From Octopus sinensis (lineage: Eukaryota): 64,000 nt of DNA. Positions within the stretch are counted from its first letter, which is position 1. Every line of letters starts with the position of its first letter. The stretch lies in assembly GCF_006345805.1 (NCBI RefSeq), contig NC_043013.1, positions 56,916,001 to 56,980,000 of the forward strand. The letters run 5' to 3'. The position numbers were made by a program, and so were the translations under genes. Positions 53,691 through 64,000 of this stretch are shown one piece after another. The notes under the pieces were generated by a model. The model searched no databases and was not told where the DNA came from. It saw only the letters and a program-made list of their open reading frames with translations.

Positions 53691-53885
53691 GTGTGTGTTT
53701 GTACTCTCAACATCGCTTGTCAACAGATGCTGGTGTGTTTACCTCCCGGTAACTTAGCAGTTCGGCAAAAGGGACTGCTGGAATAAGTACTAGGCTTACA
53801 AAGAAAAAGTCCTGGGGTCGACTTGCTCGACTAAAGGCGGTACTCCATCATGGCCACAGTCAAATGACTTAAACAAGTAAATGAG
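53468..53885 (+). mobile_element. tRNA-derived SINE, same family as 48088
   Basis: GGCGCAAGAGTGGCTGTG...GGTTCAGTTCC...GGCGGTACTCCATCATGGCCACAGTCAAATGAC. Confidence 0.9.
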
Positions 53886-53937
53886 TATATATTATTTATA
53901 TATAATTGAACGCCACACATTCTCTTCCCAGTAAGTT

Positions 53938-54017
<80 letters not shown>

Positions 54018-54041
54018 AATATATATATTATATATATATAT

Positions 54042-54082
<41 letters not shown>

Positions 54083-54349
54083 TATTTATATATTTTATAT
54101 TTATGTATAATATATATTTAATATAATTTTGAATATATTTAATCATAATGTTTTTGTAGTAATTTCTAAATTACATTATGTAATGAAGAGGAAACCAAAA
54201 TTCACATATAAAGCAAGATTAAATGTTATTGAGCATTTCACTTAAAAATTCACACGCTCCATTGAATATGAAATATATAGATATATACGTTCATATGTGT
54301 GTGTGTGTACATGTATATATGTATGTATATATGTAAATATATATATATA

Positions 54350-54384
<35 letters not shown>

Positions 54385-54496
54385 TAACATGTATATAATT
54401 TATGTGCATATATATTCATATATAAATTAATATTTATATAAATATTATATATATGTGCCTATATACTTATATATATATACATAAATCTTATGCATG

Positions 54497-54529
<33 letters not shown>

Positions 54530-55497
54530 CATGTGTATATATATACACACAAATATATATATATACATACACCAATTTTTATTTACTCTATATATGTGCG
54601 AATGTATATAGATTATACTGACACACATGTGCACTTATATTTTTATAGGACAATTCATATTGATGAGTGGTGGTCAGCATTGGCAAGTTGTGCGTGTTAA
54701 GTGGAAAAAGTGCAAGAAGAGTAAATACTGCTTATATATAATACTCATTTAGATATGTGTGCCTGTACATATTTGCCTTTTGAAATAGGAGAGTCATGCA
54801 TACCCATATTTTACGTATTAAATATGAACCATTTTATTTACAGAAGAGAAAAACAAGATGGAACACGCAACATAAAAGCGGAAGAGAAGCGAGAACAAAA
54901 AATGTAATTTTTAAAGATATAATTAAATATTTAATTAACGGAATATGTAAGAAAACATTTTCAGGAAAATCTTTCTCTAAAATGAATCATTGTAAAACAT
55001 AAATTATTAAAAAACAAGGACTACAATTACAGAGAATTTCAATAGGATCATAAAAATAAGGAATCGTATATATAACATGACAATGTTATCTTCAAAGTTA
55101 GCTTCACAGGAGCTTTGTACTTGAACAAATACAAACACGTCTGTATGTACGTTTATGAAGCTCTGATGAGGAAGTTCACTTGTATATACAAGTGATCTTC
55201 CTCATATCATCAAAAAGAGAGTTTATAATGGAAGGGCTTCAATTTATTCTAGAGAATCACTAATGGAATATAGCAAGCCAAGGAATTCCATATCAAGGAA
55301 CTAAGACAAATTAAAGAAATATAGGTGAAAGTTACATACACTTCCACTCCAATACACTCCAATAATGAGGCTTACAACATACCTCAAAACAACAGACCAC
55401 AATAACAACAGAACGAACAATGCAAGAATTAGAAGGGCCCAATGGATAAATAGGAGAGAAAGATTGACAATCTATTTTTAAAATAAGTTCACCTCTA

Positions 55498-55600
55498 AAC
55501 TGTGCATCTAAATTTCTAATCATGCTACGGATATGGAGAACATTACATAGGAGAAACTGGTTGATACTTAAGGCAATTAATGACTCAAATAGATCACAAA
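55498..55600 (+). mobile_element. Decayed PLE GIY-YIG remnant
   Basis: NCASKFLI, then after a frameshift CYGYGEHYIGETG*YLRQL. Confidence 0.6.
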
Positions 55601-56119
55601 ATAGAGGAATAAAAATAGGTAAATACAGATACATTTGCTAGTAAGAAACAGCAAAATGGGGATGATTTATTAGACAAAATTCTTCAGGGTGGTGCCCCAG
55701 CAAGGACACAGTCCTTGTAACAAGTAAAAGAGAGAAGAAAAGATACATATATATTCACACAAGCATATATTATATATATAATGATAAATATCAGAGTGAG
55801 TTATCAACAGTAGCAGAAACACATCGTGATGTAAATATGCCATTTGAATATGGCTAACCCCTAAGGTTGGACGCTACTGTAGTTTTTAGCCTCAGGAAGA
55901 CATCTCCTCCAGCTGGCTATAGACACCCTTTTTGTGTCCTATCAGTATTTGCAAAGGGAAGCCATCCTTCCCGTCTTCAACTTATGATACACACGGACCC
56001 GAGTTTCAAGGTATTGACCTATCATCAGCGTGTGACAATCACAGTTGTCGATAGGAAGGAGGTTCTCTTTACAAATACATATACTTTTTCCAGTGTTCAT
56101 ATATATATGTATATGTATA

Positions 56120-56249
<130 letters not shown>

Positions 56250-56265
56250 TTGTTGAAATGGAAAG

Positions 56266-56754
56266 ATGAATTATCTTGTTAGGGATTATTCAAAGGTTTA
56301 ACCGATACCTGGGTAGCAAAAATCACAGAAGAAAAAACACGGTTGGAGATAAGACCATATGGTGTTGCAACCGTGCGTTGGTGCGGATAATTGAAGTTTA
56401 ATATAATTAGTGATTGGAAGAAATGGAGTTGAACGAAGATTGCACAGAATTCCTTTTATTACATTCTACACATGTTTCAAAGGCCACAATTTTCCAAATT
56501 CTGATTAAATAAGGATACCATATTGCAGCTTTCTCTTCAGGAAAAACCAGGAATTACGTTGTCAGAACAAAACAAAACAAAGGCGCAGCAAAGCAATTCG
56601 AACGAGGACGCTCGTTAAGAGCCCTGAAGAGAAAGCTGCAATATGGTATCCTTATTTAATCAGAATTTGGAAAATTGTGGCCTTTGAAACACGTGTAGAA
56701 TGTAATAAAAGGAATTCTGTGCAATCTTCGTTCAACTCCATTTCTTTCAATCAC

Positions 56755-56763
<9 letters not shown>
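56266..56763. mobile_element. ORF-less fold-back of a PLE3-related 3' region; arms 56401-56541 and 56623-56763
   Basis: About 140-bp inverted arms around an 80-bp spacer; 56266-56345 resembles the reverse complement of 46250-46326. Confidence 0.85.
56448..56555 (-). ncRNA. Type I hammerhead ribozyme; the plus-strand mirror core at 56624-56697 lacks stem I
   Basis: AATTCCT..TTTTC | CTGAAGA | GAAAGCTGCAAT...ATTGTGGCCTTT | GAAA | ACATGTGT | A | GAATG..AGGAATT. Confidence 0.75.
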
Positions 56764-56789
<26 letters not shown>

Positions 56790-56791
<2 letters not shown>

Positions 56792-59700
56792 AAATAAATA
56801 AATATAGAGAGTGGTCACTATATTGATCACTCTAGCACCAGTTAATCCAAAAGGTTTCAACCACGAAAATACATGTTTCCCATGAAAGCCAAGTACGACT
56901 GTTAGCTCACACGGACAGGGCAAATAAAAATACAAAATACAGATTATTTTGGGACAATTGTTTCGCTATTAATGAATTAAATGTAATTACTTACAATAAT
57001 CCATTTGTAGCTCGTCAGCCAAGACTATCTGGATGAAATCCACTCAATCACACGCCAGATTTTACCATAACGATAAATACGCGTGTGGTTCAATTGATTA
57101 CAACCGACGTTATAATTCAAATGCCCCAACCAACAGCGCGCCAAAACTCTCACGGAAACAAATACAGCATTTAGAAATAAATGCAGCATAATTATAATTA
57201 ATTAATAAGGGTGAGAGAATTAGATACTAATTTAATAGTATATTTATTCCACACAAGTGGCCTAGTGCTACGAGAAACCTGGATTATTATAATATTTTAT
57301 AACATATTATAATATTCACAAAATAAATATAAGAGAGTGGTCCTATATTGATCACTCTAGCACCAGTTAATCCAAAAGGTTTCAACCACGAAAATACATG
57401 TTTCCCATGAAAGCCAAGTACGACTGTTAGCTCACACGGACAGGGCAAATAAAAATAACAAAATACAGATTATTTTGGGACAATTGTTTCGCTATTAATG
57501 AATTAAATGTAATATTACTTACAATAATCCATTTGTAGCTCGTCAGCCAAGACTATCTGGATGAAATCCACTCAATCACACGCCAGATTTTACCATAACG
57601 ATAAATACGCGTGTGGTTCAATTGATTACAACCGACGTTATAATTCAAACGCCCCAACCAACAGCGCGCCAAAACTCTCACGGAAACAAATACAGCATTT
57701 AGAAATAAATGCAGCATAATTATAATTAATTAATAAGGGTGAGAGAATTAGATACTAATTTAATAGTATATTTATTCCACACCAAGTGGCCTAGTGCTAC
57801 GAGAAACCTGGATTATTATAATATTTTATAACATATTATAATATTTTCACAAAATAAATATAAGAGAGTGGTCACTATATTGATCACTCTAGCACCAGTT
57901 AATCCAAAAGGTTTCAACCACGAAAATACATGTTTCCCATGAAAGCCAGTACGACTGTTAGCTCACACGGACAGGGCAAATAAAAATAACAAAATACAGA
58001 TTATTTTGGGACAATTGTTTCGCTATTAATGAATTAAATGTAATATTACTTACAATAATCCATTTGTAGCTCGTCAGCCAAGACTATCTGGATGAAATCC
58101 ACTCAATCACACGCCAGATTTTACCATAACGATAAATACGCGTGTGGTTCAATTGATTACAACCGACGTTATAATTCAAATGCCCCAACCAACAGCGCGC
58201 CAAAACTCTCACGGAAACAAATACAGCATTTAGAAATAAATGCAGCATAATTATAATTAATTAATAAGGGTGAGAGAATTAGATACTAATTTAATAGTAT
58301 ATTTATTCACACCAAGTGGCCTAGTGCTACGAGAAACCTGGATTATTATAATATTTTATAACATATTATAATATTTTCACAAAATAAATATAAGAGAGTG
58401 GTCACTATATTGATCACTCTAGCACCAGTTAATCCAAAAAGTTTCAACCACGAAAATACATGTTTCCCATGAAAGCCAAGTACGACTGTTAGCTCACACG
58501 GACAGGGCAAATAAAAATACAAAATACAGATTATTTTGGGACAATTGTTTCGCTATTAATGAATTAAATGTAATATTACTTACAATAATCCATTTGTAGC
58601 TCGTCAGCCAAGACTATCTGGATGAAATCCACTCAATCACACACCCAGATTTTACCATAACGATAAATACGCGTGTGGTTCAATTGATTACAACCGACGT
58701 TATAATTCAAATGCCCCAACCAACAGCGCGCCAAAACTCTCACGGAAACAAATACAGCATTTAGAAATAAATGCAGCATAATTATAATTAATTAATAAGG
58801 GTGAGAGATTAGATACTAATTTAATAGTATATTTATTCCACACCAAGTGGCCTAGTGCTACGAGAAACCTGGATTATTATAATATTTTATAACATATTAT
58901 AATATTTTCACAAAATAAATATAAGAGAGTGGTCACTATATTGATCACTCTAGCACCAGTTAATCCAAAAGGTTTCAACCACGAAAATACATGTTCCCCA
59001 TGAAAGCCAAGTACGACTGTTAGCTCACACGGACAGGGCAAATAAAAATAACAAAATACAGATTATTTTGGGACAATTGTTTCGCTATTAATGAATTAAA
59101 TGTAATATTACTTACAATAATCCATTTGTAGCTCGTCAGCCAGACTATCTGGATGAAATCCACTCAATCACACGCCAGATTTTACCATAACGATAAATAC
59201 GCGTGTGGTTCAATTGATTACAACCGACGTTATAATTCAAATGCCCCAACCAACAGCGCGCCAAAACTCTCACGGAAACAAATACAGCATTTAGAAATAA
59301 ATGCAGCATAATTATAATTAATTAATAAGGGTGAGAGAATTAGATACTAATTTAATAGTATATTTATTCCACACCAAGTGGCCTAGTGCTACGAGAAACC
59401 TGGATTATTATAATATTTTATAACATATTAATATTTTCACAAAATAAATATAAGAGAGTGGTCACTATATTGATCACTCTAGCACAGTTATCCAAAAGGT
59501 TTCAACCACGAAAATACATGTTTCCCATGAAAGCCAAGTACGACTGTTAGCTCACACGGACAGGGCAAATAAAAATAACAAAATACAGATTATTTTGGGA
59601 CAATTGTTTCGCTATTAATGAATTAAATGTAATATTACTTACAATAATCCATTTGTAGCTCGTCAGCCAAGACTATCTGGATGAAATCCACTCAATCACA

Positions 59701-62700
59701 CGCCAGATTTTACCATAACGATAAATACGCGTGTGGTTCAATTGATTGAAACATGTATTTTCGTGGTTGAAACCTTTTGGATTAACTGGTGCTAGAGTGA
59801 TCAATATAGTGACCACTCTCTTATATTTATTTTGTGAAAATATTATAATGTTATAAAATATTATAATAATCCAGGTTTCTCGTAGCACTAGGCCACTTGG
59901 TGTGGAATAATATACTATTAAATAGTATCTAATTCTCTCACCCTTATTAATTAATTATAATTATGCTGCATTTATTTCTAATGCTGTATTTGTTTCCGTG
60001 AGAGTTTTGGCGCGCTGTTGGTTGGGGCATTTGAATTATAACGTCGGTTGTAATCAATTGAACCACACGCGTATTTATCGTTATGGTAAAATCTGGCGTG
60101 TGATTGAGTGGATTTCATCCAGATAGTCTTGGCTGACGAGCTACAAATGGATTATTGTAAGTAATATTACATTTAATTCATTAATAGCGAAACAATTGTC
60201 CCAAAATAATCTGTATTTTGTTATTTTTATTTGCCCTGTCCGTGTGAGCTAACAGTCGTACTTGGCTTCAGGGAAACATGTATTTTCGTGGTTGAACCTT
60301 TTGGATTAACTGGTGCTAGAGTGATCAATATAGTGACCACTCTCTTATATTTATTTTGTGAAAATATTAATATGTTATAAAATATTATAATAATCCAGGT
60401 TTCTCGTAGCACTAGGCCACTTGGTGTGGAATAAATATACTATTAAATTAGTATCTAATTCTCTCACCCTTATTAATTAATTATAATTATGCTGCATTTA
60501 TTTCTAAATGCTGTATTGTGTTTCCGTGAGAGTTTTGCGCGCTGTTGGTTGGGGCATTTGAATTATAACGTCGGTTGTAATCAATTGACCACACGCGTAT
60601 TTATCGTTATGGTAAAATCTGGCGTGTGATTGAGTGGATTTCATCCAGATAGTCTTGGCTGACGAGCTACAAATGGATTATTGTAAGTAATATACATTTA
60701 ATTCATTAATAGCGAAACAATTGTCCCAAAATAATCTGTATTTTGTTATTTTTATTTGCCCTGTCCGTGTGAGCTAACAGTCGTACTTGGCTTTCATGGG
60801 AACATGTATTTTCGTGGTTGAAACCTTTTGGATTAACTGGTGCTAGAGTGATCAATATAGTGACCACTCTCTTATATTTATTTTGTGAAAATTATAATAT
60901 GTTATAAAATATTATAATAATCCAGGTTTCTCGTAGCACTAGGCCACTTGGTGTGAATAAATATACTATTAAATTAGTATCTAATTCTCTCACCCTTATT
61001 AATTAATTATAATTATGCTGCATTTATTTCTAAATGCTGTATTTGTTTCCGTGAGAGTTTTGGCGCGCTTTGGTTGGGGCATTTGAATTATAACGTCGGT
61101 TGTAATCAATTGAACCACACGCGTATTTATCGTTATGGTAAAATCTGGCGTGTGATTGAGTGGATTTCATCCAGATAGTCTTGGCTGACGAGCTACAAAT
61201 GGATTATTGTAAGTAATATTACATTTAATTCTTAATAGCGAAACAATTGTCCCAAAATAATCTGTATTTTTTTATTTTTATTTGCCCTGTCCGTGTGAGC
61301 TAACAGTCGTACTTGGCTTTCATGGAAACATGTATTTTCGTGGTTGAAACCTTTTGGATTAACTGGTGCTAGAGTGATCAATATAGTGACCACTCTCTTA
61401 TATTTATTTTGTGAAAATATTATAATATGTTATAAAATATTATAATAATCCAGGTTTCTCGTAGCACTAGGCCACTTGGTGTGGAATAAATATACTATTA
61501 ATTAGTATCTAATTCTCTCACCCTTATTAATTAATTATAATTATGCTGCATTTATTTCTAATGCTGTATTTGTTTCCGTGAGAGTTTTGGCGCGCTGTTG
61601 GTTGGGGCATTTGAATTATAACGTCGGTTGTAATCAATTGAACCACCGCGTATTTATCGTTATGGTAAAATCTGGCGTGTGATTGAGTGGATTTCATCCA
61701 GATAGTCTTGGCTGACGAGCTACAAATGGATTATTGTAAGTAATATTACATTTAATTCATTAATAGCGAAACAATTGTCCCAAAATAATCTGTATTTTGT
61801 TTTTTTATTTGCCCTGTCCGTGTGAGCTAACAGTCGTACTTGGCTTTCATGGGAAACATGTATTTTCGTGGTTGAAACCTTTTGGATTAACTGGTGCTAG
61901 AGTGATCAATATAGTGACCACTCTCTTATATTTATTTTGTGAAAATATATAATATGTTATAAAATATTATAATAATCCAGGTTTCTCGTAGCACTAGGCC
62001 ACTTGGTGTGGAATAAATATACTATTAAATTAGTATCTAATTCTCTCACCCTTATTAATTAATTATAATTATGCTGCATTTATTTCTAAATGCTGTATTT
62101 GTTTCCGTGAGAGTTTTGGCGCGCTGTTGGTTGGGGCATTTGAATTATAACGTCGGTTGTAATCAATTGAACCACACGCGTATTTATCGTTATGGTAAAA
62201 TCTGGCGTGTGATTGAGTGTGATTTCATCCAGATAGTCTTGGCTGACGAGCTACAAATGGATTATTGTAAGTAATATTACATTTAATTCATTAATAGCGA
62301 AACAATTGTCCCAAAATAATCTGTATTTTGTTATTTTTATTTGCCCTGTCCGTGTGAGCTAACAGTCGTACTTGGCTTTCATGGGAAACATGTATTTTCG
62401 TGGTTGAAACCTTTTGGATTAACTGGTGCTAGAGTGATCAATATAGTGACCACTCTCTTATATTTATTTTGTGAAAATTATAATATGTTATAAAATATTA
62501 TAATAATCCAGGTTTCTCGTAGCACTAGGCACTTGGTGTGGAATAATATACTATTAAATTAGTATCTAATTCTCTCACCCTTATTAATTAATTATAATTA
62601 TGCTGCATTTATTTCTAAATGCTGTATTTGTTTCCGTGAGAGTTTTGGCGCGCTGTTGGTTGGGGCATTTGAATTATAACGTCGGTTGTAATCAATTGAA

Positions 62701-63120
62701 CCACACGCGTATTTATCGTTATGGTAAAATCTGGCGTGTGATTGAGTGGATTTCATCCAGATAGTCTTGGCTGACGAGCTACAAATGGATTATTGTAAGT
62801 AATATTACATTTAATTCATTAATAGCGAAACAATTGTCCCAAAATAATCTGTATTTTGTTATTTTTATTTGCCCTGTCCGTGTGAGCTAACAGTCGTACT
62901 TGGCTTTCATGGGAAACATGTATTTTCGTGGTTGAAACCTTTTGGATTAACTGGTGCTAGAGTGATCAATATAGTGACCACTCTCTTATATTTATTTTGT
63001 GAAAATATTATAATATGTTATAAAATATTATAATAATCCAGGTTTCTCGTAGCACTAGGCCACTTGGTGTGGAATAAATATACTATTAAATTAGTATCTA
63101 ATTCTCTCACCCTTATTAAT

Positions 63121-63122
<2 letters not shown>
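56790..63122. repeat. Tandem array of about 530-bp units, each with a canonical hammerhead; orientation flips at 59747/59748
   Basis: Cores on minus at 57012, 57540, 58071, 58601, 59133, 59660 and on plus at 60133, 60659, 61185, 61712, 62243, 62771. Confidence 0.97.
62765..62844 (+). ncRNA. Representative hammerhead of the 530-bp unit, canonical core, GUC site
   Basis: TCTTGG | CTGACGA (62771-62777) | GCTA...TAGC | GAAA (62827-62830) | ACAATTGT palindrome | C62838 | CCAAAA. Confidence 0.92.
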
Positions 63123-63195
<73 letters not shown>

Positions 63196-63229
63196 TATAG
63201 ATATATGTTATATATATATGTATTTTTTT

Positions 63230-64000
63230 TCATTTCATTTTCATTTCATCTAGTTTCAGCTCACGAGCTGTGGCCATGCTGGGGCACCGCCATTCGGTGT
63301 TGCGACATGATTTTACTTCACGAATGCTTTTTGGCAATTGACATTTGGTGCATGAGAGAGTTTGATGCAGCTGCCCTCATTTGCACCTCCTGCCGTGAAG
63401 TTGGTTCATCTGGGATACCTGACAGGAAGAGGTCCAACATCATTTTGAAGATATCTGCATCCATCCCATGCAGGTCTCTCAGGTCCTTCGGGAGGATATT
63501 GAAGAGCTGTGAACTTCTGAAGCTTAGGCTATCGGAGCATCTTGTCCTATATCTTGATGGCAAATTTGGAGACCTTGTCACTATGCAGTGGCGCCCACTT
63601 CTGGTATTTGTGTAACTCTCGATGCCAAAGTTTGGGACAAGTCCTTCCAGGATCTTCCAGATGTATATTATGACATAGCTTTCTCGCCTACGCTCTAAGG
63701 AATAGAGTCTTAATCTCTTGAGTCTTTCCCAATAGCTTATATGCTGCATAAAGGCTATCTTCTTCGTGTAACTTCGCTGGATTGCCTCAAGTTTTGAGAT
63801 TAATTTGACACTGGATGATGACCATAGCAGAGAGCAATAGTCAAAGTGGCTTAGGACAAGTGTCCTCCAGAGGACCATCATGGTTTCCTGGTCTCTTGTT
63901 CTAAAAGCTCTAAGAATCCATCCGGCCAGCCGCCTACATTTCATTGCCAATTTAGCAACATGCACATGAAAGGTTGCATCATGACTCATGTAAATACCCA
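63230..64000 (-). mobile_element. 3' part of a CR1/L2-group LINE, same family as 21652-24460; runs off the window
   Basis: ORF 63318-63989 HFDYCS, LYSLERRR, FLSGIPDEPTSRQE; same 3' tail with (GAAAT)n. Confidence 0.95.

Noticed and set aside
55163-55205. CTGATGA followed by a strong hairpin (ATGAGGAAG.TCACTTGTA / TACAAGTGA.CTTCCTCAT)
   Set aside because: No GAAA or stems I/III follow; it is a plain hairpin, not a hammerhead.

Overview
This is AT-rich, microsatellite-saturated animal DNA. The SINE types and (TA)n/(CA)n density resemble an octopus or other cephalopod genome; that is inference, not a database result. I found no host gene I can support. The protein-coding content is all retroelement-derived: three Penelope-like element (PLE) families with RT and/or GIY-YIG, several CR1/L2-group LINE copies, an RTE LINE, and decayed Gypsy and other RT remnants. 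tRNA-type SINEs are also present. The main signal is non-coding: about 28 type I hammerhead-ribozyme (HHR) or HHR-like cores in at least 8 sequence families, read by eye. Two apparent satellites (about 530-bp and about 550-bp units) carry one HHR with a palindromic or near-palindromic stem III per unit and no credible ORF, as expected for retrozyme-like self-cleaving RNA replicons. One short fold-back element has an HHR-shaped fold with the C3-G8 core pair swapped to G3-C8. Eight PLE or HHR insertions share one architecture: two arms pointing away from a central 5'-5' inversion, ending in (TA)n.
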